Source: an uncultured Candidatus Binatia bacterium
GTDB taxonomy: Bacteria > Desulfobacterota > Binatia > Bin18
DNA length: 64,000 bases
Assembly (NCBI GenBank): GCA_965200965.1
Contig: OZ241744.1
Coordinates: 2,560,001-2,624,000, forward strand
Reading direction: 5' to 3'
Below, in pieces: positions 17,249-27,800 of this stretch (within the stretch, counting starts at the first letter, position 1; the number at the start of each line of letters is the position of its first letter). The position numbers and the translations under genes are program-made. The notes beneath the pieces were generated by a model. The model worked only from the letters and a program-made list of their open reading frames with translations, ran no database searches and was not told where the DNA came from.

Positions 17249-18964
17249 CTAGCCGTTACTAAACGCTTCGATGCTTTTGGCCCGTTTCTCACTGCGTAAT
17301 TTCCGCAGCGCCTTGGCCTCAATCTGACGGATGCGCTCACGGGTGACGGCAAAGCGTTGGCCGACTTCTTCGAGCGTATAATCGGTTTTTTCGTCAATGC
17401 CGAAGCGCATACGCAGAATCTGCTCTTCACGAGGGGTGAGGGTGGCGAGCACCTTGCGGGTTTGCTCTTCGAGACTCAGCGCCATTGCGGCATCGGCCGG
17501 AGACAAGGTTTGGCGATCCTCAACAAAATCGCCCAGCGAGCTCTCTTCGTCATCGCCAATCGGGGTTTCCAGGGACACCGGCTCTTTCACAATTTTGAGG
17601 ACTTTACGCACCTTGTCGGCCGGGACCTCCATCTGGGCGGCGATTTCCTCAGGTGAGGGTTCGCGCCCGAGCTGTTGGACAAGATAGCGTGAGGTGCGGA
17701 GCACCTTGTTGATCGTTTCAATCATATGGACAGGAATACGGATCGTGCGGGCCTGGTCGGCAATCGCGCGACTGACCGACTGTCGAATCCACCAAGTGGC
17801 ATAGGTCGAGAATTTGTAGCCGCGTTGATACTCGAATTTTTCCACCGCCCGCATCAGACCGATATTCCCCTCTTGGACGAGGTCCAGGAAGCCCAGCCCG
17901 CGGTTGACATAGCGTTTGGCAATACTGACAACCAGACGCAGGTTGGCCTCAATTAAACGCCGTTTGCCCTCTTGGGCCTGGGCTTCGCCGCGAGCGATGC
18001 TGTAGAGCGAGCTGTGCAAGTCCTCGCTGCTGATGCTCAGCTCGGCTTCGATTTTCTGGATCTTTCGGCACGCAGTGTGGATGACCTGACTGGCGTTCTG
18101 GATTTTCTGGATCTGGGTTTTGCTCAGTTCCCCGGACCGTCTGCCCACCCGCTGCACTCCGGACTTCAGACCCCGAGCCAGAGACACGATCTCGGGGGAT
18201 TTGCGGTGGACAATTTCTTCTTGAAAACGGACCGCCCGCTGGGACTCTTCTATCAGTTCACCTACCTCTTTGAGCTTGGCTGCAATGACACCGATGTGGT
18301 GCCGCCCAAAGGGGATACTTTCCAGGGCGAGCTGTGTTTTTTCTCTCACCTCGCCCGCTTTTTTGATCGCCTTTTGCCGTTCTTTGGCTGGCAGCCGCCT
18401 GCGCTTGAGCGTCTCCAGCTTGTGCATCTCCCCGGCGATCCGTTTCAGCGAGGTCATTTTGCTGAGAAACAGCGCAATCCGCCGGTCTTCTTTGCCGGTC
18501 GCCTCAACCTCGTCGTCGCCAAAGATATAGCGGGGCTCGATGTCTTCTTGTCTGAGCTTTTCGCCCAGGGAGAGGACATAGCGCAGGGCCAGGGGCGATG
18601 AAAAGACTTCCTGCTTGATGCGTTTTTCGCCGGCCTCAATTTCTTTGGCAATCGCCACCTCTTCTTCACGACTCAGCAGCGGGATATTGCCCATCTCCTG
18701 GAGATACATGCGAACCGGGTCGGAGGTGTCTGCGATGTGCGGCTCTTCAACCGGAGCCGCCTCTTCCTCCCAGTCGTTCTCTTCCCGTTTGGGAATATCA
18801 ATGCTGATGCTATTCTCGTCGTCAAGCACATCGGCCGCTTCAACGTCTATTTCCCCAAGAATGGACATGACGCTGTCAATGTCTTCTGCTGGTGCGGCTT
18901 TCGGAACAGAAAGATTTGCCGCGGGAGTCGGCTTTTTCCTGTCGGCTTCTTTGCGTTTGTCCAT
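17249..18964 (-). CDS. rpoD: RpoD-family sigma70 factor (probable paralogue)
   Basis: [57 protein letters not shown]. Confidence 0.9.
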   Translation of the reverse strand: MDKRKEADRKKPTPAANLSVPKAAPAEDIDSVMSILGEIDVEAADVLDDENSISIDIPKREENDWEEEAAPVEEPHIADTSDPVRMYLQEMGNIPLLSREEEVAIAKEIEAGEKRIKQEVFSSPLALRYVLSLGEKLRQEDIEPRYIFGDDEVEATGKEDRRIALFLSKMTSLKRIAGEMHKLETLKRRRLPAKERQKAIKKAGEVREKTQLALESIPFGRHHIGVIAAKLKEVGELIEESQRAVRFQEEIVHRKSPEIVSLARGLKSGVQRVGRRSGELSKTQIQKIQNASQVIHTACRKIQKIEAELSISSEDLHSSLYSIARGEAQAQEGKRRLIEANLRLVVSIAKRYVNRGLGFLDLVQEGNIGLMRAVEKFEYQRGYKFSTYATWWIRQSVSRAIADQARTIRIPVHMIETINKVLRTSRYLVQQLGREPSPEEIAAQMEVPADKVRKVLKIVKEPVSLETPIGDDEESSLGDFVEDRQTLSPADAAMALSLEEQTRKVLATLTPREEQILRMRFGIDEKTDYTLEEVGQRFAVTRERIRQIEAKALRKLRSEKRAKSIEAFSNG

Positions 18965-19230
18965 AGAATCCCTATCCCTGTGGGTGTGAGTGGGCGGCAC
19001 AGTACGGATGAACGGCTCCGGTGCGAGTCCGGGCGAAGACAGGGGGCACAGAGCGTGCCCGTGGAATATTTTTGCCTGAACCGTGCAAATTTGTCAGGGA
19101 GGCTCCCCAGCCAAGCTTTACATCCTGGTCTGGGATGTAAAGTTCCCCGCATCTTAAAAATGCTTGACCGAGAAGTCAAGAGACACATCCTTCTCGATTT
19201 CTTGGTGGCGGCATGGGAGGAGCGATCGAC

Positions 19231-20098
19231 TTATGGACGCGAAGTCATGCCCACGGTTCGGGCCGCACCAATAGCGGTGGCATACTCAGAGGAGGGATGC
19301 TGAAGTCCACCCTACGCCGGGGCGTGAGAGCCGCAAGCCGTTTTCTGAAGGCCTCCAGTCGGGTCAGTTTCCCGGTAAACACGATGTGTTTGGGCTGACG
19401 GGTCTGAGCCGCAAACATACTCAGGGTAAAGGTAATCCAGGCGACCATGTTGACGAGGCCCGGCTTTGTCGGCTTGAGAGGGGTCGGTCTGGAGTTTTCC
19501 AAAGTGGCTGGCGACCGCTTTGGCTGGGACAATGCCAACCGGGCCACCCGCAATGTCGCCGACGGTCAGATCAACCTGTGCCAAATCTCCCTGGGCGGCC
19601 AGTTGTTCAAGCGTATCCAGCTGGGTAATCCCGAGAAAATGGCGGGCGAGGCCGCGCAGTGCACCCCCGCCTATGCCGGTGCCGCCCAGGTGCAGGAGCT
19701 GCTCTTTCCGAACAGAAACCAGAGGAGTGCCAGTGCCAAGGGAAACGGACCAGAGCGTCCGATTTTCTGGCCACGTTACTCCCGCCTGCCCCAATCGCGG
19801 TGATTTCTGGAATCTTCACTATCAGCACACCAAAGATCTCGTCGGCTAACTGGTGGCTGCCCCCGCCGCTGATGGCAATCGTCTGAATATCGGCCAGTTT
19901 CCGGCCGGCGTTCTTCAGCAGTTTGCCCAAAGCCCCGGCCGCGGCTGCCAGCGGGTCGCTGGTTTCCAGAGTTTCAACCGGGATCGTTTGTTCAGAGGGC
20001 AGGCATGATGTCCTTTGGGTCTCTTGTGTGATCACGCTTGCCTTTTCCAGCAGAACGGCGTCAGTTGTTGAACCGCCAATATCAATGCCAACAATCAT
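19231..20098 (-). pseudogene. coaW: Type II pantothenate kinase (CoaW/Fumble-like), three frameshifts
   Basis: Motifs GIDIGGS / SLGTGT..GGTGIGGG..DLTVGDI..ASHFGK / IVFTG / EYATAIGA lie in successive different frames. Confidence 0.8.
19999..20041. repeat. Family B palindromic element in PanK pseudogene
   Basis: gcaggcatgat..atcacgcttgc imperfect hairpin. Confidence 0.6.
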
Positions 20099-21306
20099 AT
20101 GTCTATCCGGTACACACCGATGGTCTTTTTCCTGGCCGGATCGTAGTGCCGCCATTTTTCGGCCGGGACCTGTTCGGCCGTAACCCGCCGGAAGCCACTG
20201 CGTTCGAACAAACGCCGAGCCCCGGCCTGAGAGGTACAGGCAAACACATAGCCCAAACCAGCCGCCCGGGCCTGTTCCAGCATCGTCCCGACCAAACGGC
20301 CACCGATTCCCTCGCCCTGAAAACGGGTAATCGTATACAGCCCCGCGATTTCTGCAGCATTCTTCCTGGGATAGGGCAGCAGGGCACAGACCCCGGCCAA
20401 CTCTCCGCCGGCCGCTCCGAGACGGGCACAGTGTCCGTGGAACAGCAATTGACTGGTCTCTGTGTGGCTGCGAGGTTTGAGGCCGCCATCGCGTTCGCCA
20501 CGCCGGATCAGCCGCTCGGCTTCATAAAAGTCGTCTAATCCCAGCGGCTCTAGCCGGCAGTAATCGGTCAGGGTAAAGAGTGTCCCCTGCCCTTCATAGG
20601 TAAACAGTTCTCCCGCCACATCGGCCGGCCGACACAGCGAAACCGAGGCAACCCCACCCTCCAGGGCCGCCCGGACCGACGCCAGGACGCCCAAGTCTTT
20701 CTCTTGAACGGTGCGGACAGGCGGTGTTCCTGCCGCCCGGGATTGGTCCAGGAGTTTATTCAGCGCGGCCCCATTCATAAAAGACACGCGATTTCCTCTG
20801 ATGCAGAGACCACCGTTCGGGTCAAGGATGACGAGTTTATGGACCTTGAGACGAACGGCTAAACGTTGGGCCGGGGATTGCTCACCGACGCCAGGACGCC
20901 CAAAAGATGCATCGTCCTGTCTTCCCCTGGGACGATGCGCCTTTACCGGCCCGACGGTCCGCCTCTGAGGAGCCGGCCACAGGCCGACAAAGATCGGTGT
21001 TGTTCTGAGAACTGTCCATATGTGTTCCAAGACACTGTTTTCCTCGGCCGGCAACGCGACGAACCGGGCGGCCAGAGCGATGCGCAACAGTTCCAGCCCG
21101 GGTTGGTCCGAGTCGTCCGTTTCGATCAGAACGATCAGTCGCGTTTCGTTACGCGTCAACTGCTGGCAGACCTCGGCCATCGCCTTGACCGCTGCCGTGT
21201 CTCTCAGGTCTTCGGCCCGCAGGCTGAAAAAGAGACTCTTGCCGCAAAACTCTTTAAGGTAAAAGTCTTGTTCGATAAACGAAGCGGGCGTGAAGGTCTG
21301 GCTCAT
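20095..21306 (-). CDS. Amino-acid N-acetyltransferase (ArgA-like: degenerate AAK domain + GNAT)
   Basis: ELFTYEGQGTLF, LKPRS, AEIAGLY...FQGEGIG acetyl-CoA motif. Confidence 0.75.
   Translation of the reverse strand: MSQTFTPASFIEQDFYLKEFCGKSLFFSLRAEDLRDTAAVKAMAEVCQQLTRNETRLIVLIETDDSDQPGLELLRIALAARFVALPAEENSVLEHIWTVLRTTPIFVGLWPAPQRRTVGPVKAHRPRGRQDDASFGRPGVGEQSPAQRLAVRLKVHKLVILDPNGGLCIRGNRVSFMNGAALNKLLDQSRAAGTPPVRTVQEKDLGVLASVRAALEGGVASVSLCRPADVAGELFTYEGQGTLFTLTDYCRLEPLGLDDFYEAERLIRRGERDGGLKPRSHTETSQLLFHGHCARLGAAGGELAGVCALLPYPRKNAAEIAGLYTITRFQGEGIGGRLVGTMLEQARAAGLGYVFACTSQAGARRLFERSGFRRVTAEQVPAEKWRHYDPARKKTIGVYRIDI
20903..20944 (-). repeat. Family A element, in frame in argA-like gene
   Basis: aaagatgcatcgtcctgtcttcccctgggacgatgcgccttt; peptide KAHRPRGRQDDASF. 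Confidence 0.9.
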
Positions 21307-21338
21307 ATCTCAAAAGGTGAAGGAAGCTCTCTTCTCGA

Positions 21339-24300
21339 TCAGGTGGACATTCGCCTTTGTGCAAGCAGGGCTTGGGCGTCAGCCCGGGCCCGCTCGTCCC
21401 AGGCAAAGTGTATACCTGTGGACGAACGGACAAACAGGACCGCCAAGTCCTTTACAGGATAGGCGGTCAGTTGCTCAAGGGCGAGGGCATAGGCGTATAG
21501 CCCAGAGCGGCAGCGGGCGGCCTGACTTTCAGCTTGGCCGTCCGCAACAGCATCCGTCTTCAGATCAAGAATGACCCAGGCCTTGTTTTCAACAAAAGCC
21601 AGGTCGATCACGCCGTTCAGGACTATGTCCGTGTGGGGTGGGGCTTGATAATGCAGGCTGAAGGGCAGGTCGGCAAAACAGTCCTGGGCGGCGCGGGCCC
21701 TGCTCAGGAGCGGGCCGGTCAGGACGTTGCGGACGAAGCGTTGCAGGGGGGTGCCGGCGCTGACAGCAAAGGGAAGCGTGATCTCCTGTGTGTTACCACG
21801 ATTCCCCGTGCCGTCATTTGGGCGGTGGCTCGTTTTGATGCTCTGTTTCAACGCCATGCGCACGGCGCGGCCGAACTGCGGCTCTGCCCCTGGCGAGATG
21901 AATCGTCTCGTCTTCCGCTCGAAAGGTGAAGACGATTCATCTCTATCCCGAGGGTGATCAGAATCTTGGGTATGCTGGACCAGAGACTCGACGCTTAAGG
22001 TAAGCGACGATCTCTTCTCGATGAGGTGGTCTGCATTATACACGGTCTGGGGCTGTCTGCCCTGTTCTCTGATCGCCTGTTGATCGGCCTGCCAGGACTG
22101 GTAGCGCTCAAACGCGGACTGATTGGGCGGGACGGGGGGCCGCGGTCCTCCTGCGGCTGGGCGGCCGGCGGCGTGGAGAGGTGGGGGGTCTGGGGAGATG
22201 ATCGGCTTGGGTTCGGCGGCATTGAAGACCTGCCACAGGCTCTGGCCGGTGGTGCTTTCCAACTCGGGCAGCAGGGGCAAAATGAGCCGGTCGCGCGCCC
22301 GTGTTGCGGCGACATACCACAGGCGTCGCTCCTCGGCCTCCTCGCGGGCTCCCTCACGCGCCTCCGCCTCCCGCCAGCCGAGCGTATGCCAGGCCAGGGT
22401 CTGCGGACCGAGCCGCAGTTCGAGGTGCCCCCGGGGCTGGACAAGTCGGTCCCCTTCCGCCTCCTGAGGCGACGGCGGTTTGTGGCTGCGTTCGATCAGA
22501 CCGGTCCGGCTTGAGCGACCCGGGGCGAGGATTGCATCGGCAAGAATCACGACCGGAAACTCAAGTCCTTTGGCCTTGTGAATCGTCAGGAAGCGAACGG
22601 CCGGTCCATGCTCTTCTGCGACCGCCGCCTCGCCTTCCTCAGTCGCCCGGTGGTGATGAGCAAGAAAGCGGTTGAAGGCGCTCAGGCTGCGAACGCCCTG
22701 GTCAGCCAAGCTCTGGGCAAGCTCAATCAGTTTGATCAAGTTTGCCGTTCGCTGGCTCCCCTGGGGGCGGAGGGCAAACAGGGGCACGAGATGGGTCTGA
22801 TAGATATCGTACAACACCGTTGATGGGCTGCACTGCCGGGAGCGGGCGTACAGCTCGCGCAGCAACGCAAAAGCCGCTCCAAAGCGGTCCGCGTCCGGCA
22901 GCCCGGCCGGCGGGGCGTGGGTGTAGTCAAAGACTCCCCCGGCAGCGGCGAAGTGCAAGAGCGCTTCGTCTGAAAAGCCGAACAGGCACGACCGTAAGCT
23001 CGCTACCAGGGCGTTGCTGTCAGCCGGACTGTCGATGACACGCAGCAGCACACGGAGTTCCTCAACCTCGTCCCGAGTCATATACTGACGCCCGCCGAGA
23101 ATCTGATATGCGATAGCGGCACTCTGGAAGGCTTCCTCGTAGGCATCCATGGCGCGATAGGTACGGAACAGCACGGCAATGTCACCATACGCCTGGTCTC
23201 CCTGCCCGAGGCGGTGTTTGAGGAAGCCGGCCACGGTTTGGGCCTCTGCCCGGCGCAGGTCGTCACGCCCCGGCTGGGACGGCAGCAGGTCCGGGGGAAC
23301 TGGAACGGAGATGACCGTCTGTCCTTGGGCGGTCTGGCCCGTGTCTGTGCTGTGTTCTTCCTGTTCTTCGTGGCGGGTTGGCAGCAGTGGACGATAGCTG
23401 GGGGCATCTTCAGCAGTGTTGGGCGCAAACACGCGAGAAAACGTTTCGTTAATCCAGCTCAGAATTGGCGCTCGGGTCCGGAAATTGCTTGACAGGCTCA
23501 GCAGCGTTCCCTGGCTTTCGATAGTGGCCCGGACGAGATGATAGACGGCGAGATCGGCACGTCGAAAACGGTAAATGGACTGGTGTGGATCGCCGACCAG
23601 AAAAAGCTTGCCGGGTTTCAGGATAACGTGGCTCCAGGCGTGAGCCCGAGGCGTGTGTTCGGCCAAAAAGAAGATAATTTCGGCCTGGAGGGGATCGGTA
23701 TCCTGGAATTCATCAACCAGAAGAAAGTCGAATTTCTGCTGAAAATACCGGCGCACCTCCATATTGTTGGCCAGCAGGTCTCGGGTGTACAGCAGCAGGT
23801 CGGTAAAATCGAGAGACATCTGCTGGCGTTTTGCGTCGTCATACACTGCCAGATAGCCGCTCAGCCACCGGACAAGCGCAAGCGTGTGGTTATGCACCCA
23901 GGCCGCACGCGCCTTGCTGTGGGCGTCACGCAACTCGGCAAAACAACGCCGCACCTCATCCAGACGGAGGGTCGGCTGCCAGTGGGTTTTGTTGCCGACC
24001 CGCTCCGGCAACTCCAGCCGGCTGTACAGCAGACGCTCCCAAAGCGGGTCAGCGTCGCGGTCCGGCATTTGCCGGATGAGGTCCATCATCCGTACAAAGG
24101 CCCGGTCGCTCGGCTCTGTACACGCCGACCGGAGCTGAGACAAACGCCCGATGGACTGCCGAAAGCTATGCCGGAATTGGGCCAGGGGGGAGGCCAGCGG
24201 CTTGGGCAGGAGGGCCAAGCAGTCTCGCTGCTCAACAACAAAGTCACGCAAGGCCCGCAGATGGCTCAGGCTCAGACCGGCCCGGAGGGCTGTTTTCAGG

Positions 24301-24866
24301 AAAGCCGCAACGTCCTCATGTGAAGACGATGCGTATGGTCTTGCTCTTGGCGAGCGGTGAGGACGCTGCGGCTTTCTGTCCTGGCTTGACCCCATCTCTT
24401 GGGCCAGCCAGTCGCGCCAGGTTTGATCCTGGACGACCCGCCTGCCAACCCCGTCCAGGACGCTGAAATTCGGGTCGACCAACGCCTCCAGGGGCCGCTC
24501 GCGGAGTAACAGGGCGCAAAAAGCATGCACGGTCAGAATCGAGGCCCGTTCGAGTTGAAGACGCGCGGTGAGCAGATTACGCTGCTCGTCCTGGCCGAGC
24601 GGTGTGTTCAGGGCGGTGTCAATCTCGGTCCGCAACCGAATACGGAGTTCGGTCGCCGCCTTTTCGGTAAAGGTGATGGCAGCGATCCGATCCAGGCGGC
24701 TCCGACCGGTCCGAATCACCGTGAGCAGGCGTTGGAGCAGGACGCTCGTCTTGCCCGTGCCCGCCCCGGCTTCTACCAGGAAGCTGGTGTCGAGCTCACT
24801 CGCCGCCCGATCGCGCGGCTGAGCGTCACAGGCACGCGTGGTGTCCTGGTTGTCTGGGTTGCTCAT
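21339..24866 (-). CDS. addA: ATP-dependent helicase/nuclease subunit A (UvrD-like + PD-(D/E)xK)
   Basis: EAGAGTGKT, AITFTEKAA, VDEFQDT, VGDPHQSIYRFR, TIHKAKGLEF, YVAATRAR, GVIDL..DLKT. Confidence 0.93.
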   Translation of the reverse strand: MSNPDNQDTTRACDAQPRDRAASELDTSFLVEAGAGTGKTSVLLQRLLTVIRTGRSRLDRIAAITFTEKAATELRIRLRTEIDTALNTPLGQDEQRNLLTARLQLERASILTVHAFCALLLRERPLEALVDPNFSVLDGVGRRVVQDQTWRDWLAQEMGSSQDRKPQRPHRSPRARPYASSSHEDVAAFLKTALRAGLSLSHLRALRDFVVEQRDCLALLPKPLASPLAQFRHSFRQSIGRLSQLRSACTEPSDRAFVRMMDLIRQMPDRDADPLWERLLYSRLELPERVGNKTHWQPTLRLDEVRRCFAELRDAHSKARAAWVHNHTLALVRWLSGYLAVYDDAKRQQMSLDFTDLLLYTRDLLANNMEVRRYFQQKFDFLLVDEFQDTDPLQAEIIFFLAEHTPRAHAWSHVILKPGKLFLVGDPHQSIYRFRRADLAVYHLVRATIESQGTLLSLSSNFRTRAPILSWINETFSRVFAPNTAEDAPSYRPLLPTRHEEQEEHSTDTGQTAQGQTVISVPVPPDLLPSQPGRDDLRRAEAQTVAGFLKHRLGQGDQAYGDIAVLFRTYRAMDAYEEAFQSAAIAYQILGGRQYMTRDEVEELRVLLRVIDSPADSNALVASLRSCLFGFSDEALLHFAAAGGVFDYTHAPPAGLPDADRFGAAFALLRELYARSRQCSPSTVLYDIYQTHLVPLFALRPQGSQRTANLIKLIELAQSLADQGVRSLSAFNRFLAHHHRATEEGEAAVAEEHGPAVRFLTIHKAKGLEFPVVILADAILAPGRSSRTGLIERSHKPPSPQEAEGDRLVQPRGHLELRLGPQTLAWHTLGWREAEAREGAREEAEERRLWYVAATRARDRLILPLLPELESTTGQSLWQVFNAAEPKPIISPDPPPLHAAGRPAAGGPRPPVPPNQSAFERYQSWQADQQAIREQGRQPQTVYNADHLIEKRSSLTLSVESLVQHTQDSDHPRDRDESSSPFERKTRRFISPGAEPQFGRAVRMALKQSIKTSHRPNDGTGNRGNTQEITLPFAVSAGTPLQRFVRNVLTGPLLSRARAAQDCFADLPFSLHYQAPPHTDIVLNGVIDLAFVENKAWVILDLKTDAVADGQAESQAARCRSGLYAYALALEQLTAYPVKDLAVLFVRSSTGIHFAWDERARADAQALLAQRRMST
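21771..21806. repeat. Family B element, in frame in addA
   Basis: gggaagcgtgatctcctgtgtgttaccacgattccc; peptide GNRGNTQEITLP. Confidence 0.8.
21895..21943 (-). repeat. Family A element in addA (alternative frame)
   Basis: 14-bp perfect arms gagatgaatcgtct/agacgattcatctc; peptide RDESSSPFERKTRRFI. Confidence 0.85.
24323..24375 (-). repeat. Family A element, in frame in addA
   Basis: Peptide KPQRPHRSPRARPYASS. Confidence 0.88.
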
Positions 24867-24880
24867 CACGAGTGCCGGTG

Positions 24881-27800
24881 TCAGCCGATTGTGTGGAGCT
24901 GGTGCAGGACGGCCCAACGCGGGTCATGGCGTTTGTGTCGCATCCGTTTGCCGACCTGGCTGCCGCAGATCTCGGGAAAAGGGCACGGATAACAGGTGTC
25001 GGGGTGTGGAAAAAAGCAGCCGGACCGGATTCCCTCCAGCAGAGTGGTGAGGAGAGACCGCAGGACGCGGACTGACTCCGGCCAAGTTTCTTCGCTAAAC
25101 ATGGGGGTGACGGTATGGACACGCTGGCCGAGCCCGACATAGCTGGCCGATTCCCACGCCAAGTCAGGCCGCAGGCTGCGGGCCGCAAACAGATACAGCG
25201 GAAGTTGCAGGGCGGTCCCTGCGGCAAACAAGCGTGATGTCCTTGTGGGCCTTGTCACGATTGCCTGTGACCGACCGCGTGGCAGGTGGCCGGTTTTATA
25301 GTCAATGATCCGGGCTTTTACCTCAGTGGAAGACACATCGATCCGATCAATCCTGCCCTGCAAGCAAATAGGCTCCCCGTCTTCGAGGCTGAAGCTGACC
25401 GGTCGGTCAGGGAAAAACTGCGAGTCGCGTATTGGCGAGCGGTGAGGACGCTGCGGCTTTGCTGAACCAAAGGCGACCTCAAAAGCGTGGGGCACAAACT
25501 CTGATTCGTCCGCCGCCTCCTGATGGACCAGGCGAATCAGGCCTTCCCGCAACTGTTCCTGTTCAAGCTCCCATAGCAGAGGCAGGCCGGTGGGCTGAAG
25601 TTCGGCAAAACGGGTAAAGTGTTGGTCAGCAATGGGTATCAGCCGCCGGACCAAAAGCTGAGGGTCCTGGCCGTGCATGGGCAGTTGACCGGCCGCCTTC
25701 AACTGGGAGAAAAAGTCGTACACAATAGCGTGCAGCAGAAGGCCCCGCTGGCGAGGGCTGAGGGCCACCATCTCCTCAGCATCGTCCGTCGGAGTCAGAC
25801 CCAGCACATGACTGAGGAAATAGAGAAAGGGACACCGGGCGTAGGTTTCGAGGGCACTTGGCGAGACACAAACCCCGGAGGGAAACAGATGTTGGTGCAG
25901 CCTGCGCTTGGCCTCAGGAGCTTTGAGCAGACCGTCAAAGGCGGTGAGATGTGGACTGTCCAGACGTTGGCCGATCGCCTGCTGGGCGTAGGAAAAGGCG
26001 GGTGAGGCGAGCGGGAGATAGCCCAGGACACTCACATCGCCGCTGGCCAGCGCCTGCTCAACCGTCGCCAAGTGGAATTCGAGGGCATCTTGGGCCTGCT
26101 GGACGGACCCGGCGTACACTGGTGTCAGCGGGACGCGCTGACACCAGGCTTCCAGATCGGCAAAGGTTTGCACTTGACCCCGCAGGGCCTCAAGGACGCG
26201 CAACAGATACCAGGAGGGCAGCTGGGGACGGCCGCTCGCCTGGTCGTGGCTGGGATAGCTCAGGATGAGGTGTTCAACCGCACTCTGGGTAGCCAGACAG
26301 AACAGCAGACGTTCTTCCTCGGTGTGCTGACTGCGTTGGGCAAGCTCACAGCCGAGCGTCTCGGCCAGGTGTTGGCGTTCAGCGTCGAGCAGCAGCGGGT
26401 CTTGTCGAACGCTGCGCGGGAAGCCCCCGTCAACCATGCCGGGAATGATGACGGCTCGAAAACGGACGCCCCGAGCCGCGGACAGCTCACCGATGAAAAC
26501 GCCGTTGGTCTGACCGGTGGGGGAAAGACGATCCGTCTGTGTGGCAAGGGCCTGGCTGACGGCCTTCGCCCAGTCTTCAAGGCGTGGGGTGGGCGCGTCC
26601 TGTCTTGCGCTTTGCGACCGGTGAGGATGCTGCGTCTGGTCGCTCAGGTCAAGCTGGGCCAAATCCAGCAGCAGTTCTTCAATGTGGTCGGTATACACCG
26701 TCGTGCCGCTATAGGTGCGGTACAGCCGCCAGCTGTAGTCTGCCCAGGCGTGCCAACTCGGCCGGCTCGGCCGCGGCTCGGCCGCGGCGAACAGCCCACG
26801 CATAAAGGCCATGCACGCTTGCAACATGGGCAGAACGGCCGTGGCCTGGTCTGCACCTTTCTCGGCCTCGTAGGCTTTTTCAAGCTGGGCCAGACCGCGT
26901 TGCCACTCCCGGCGGCCGCTGACAATGCCTGCCTGCTGGACCAAGGCGTGCCAGCGGTCGGGCTGGGCGTGCTGAACCATAGCGTCCGGCAGCAGGCTGG
27001 CGTAGGGCGGCTGGCTGACACGCAGAAACTCAAACACCCGGTCAGGCGCGTAGTCTTCAACCAGCATACGACACAGCAGGTGCAGGGCTCGGCCGGCCGA
27101 GGTATGGAGCAGCGGCAGACCGCCGGACAGCCAGCTTGGGATGCCCAGATTCTTGAAGGTCTCGGTCAACAACGGACCGTAGCGGGCCGGGTCGCGCAGC
27201 ACGATCCCAATTTCAGAAAAACGGAGCCTGTGGTCGCGGACAAGAGACAGCACCATCCGACTGATCTCACGCGCCTCGCGGCTGTAACTCGGCGCTGCCA
27301 GGCAACGAACGGGGACGGCGCTGGCCGAAGAGATATCTTCATGGGGTCGGTCATCAACCCTGTCTGGTGTGGTCTGGGGCACCTCTTCAAAAAGGGAACG
27401 GTGGAGCCGAGACAGCCCGGACTCTGCCGAGCGGGCGAGAGGGGTAGAGGTGAACCCCAAGCTCCGCAGCCAGCTCAGCGTCGGCGTCGCATGGGCATAC
27501 GCGTTGCCCGCCCGCCAGGGAAAGAAAACCAAGCCGTCGCGGTCTTGCAGGGCGGCCACAATCAGACGCCGCTGGAGTGGGCTGAAGTCAGAGAACCCGT
27601 ACACAAACAGAGCGCCCGAAAGACGCCTCGGCCCGTCTTCCTCTCGTCTTTGTGATGCTTCAAGCTCAAGGGCGGCCTGTTCCAGCATATCCTGATCATC
27701 GTACAGCCGCCGGTCGGTGAGAAACCGCTGGTACTGCCCGTACAGCATGGCAAGACTTTCGATCTTTTTCCGGTAGACACCGCTCAGTCCTGCCCGAGTC

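Noticed and set aside
26072-27655. Long antisense ORFs (also 38214-39692, 45358-46623, 60642-61778, 33360-34334)
   Set aside because: Mirror frames of well-supported genes, expected at high GC; no motifs
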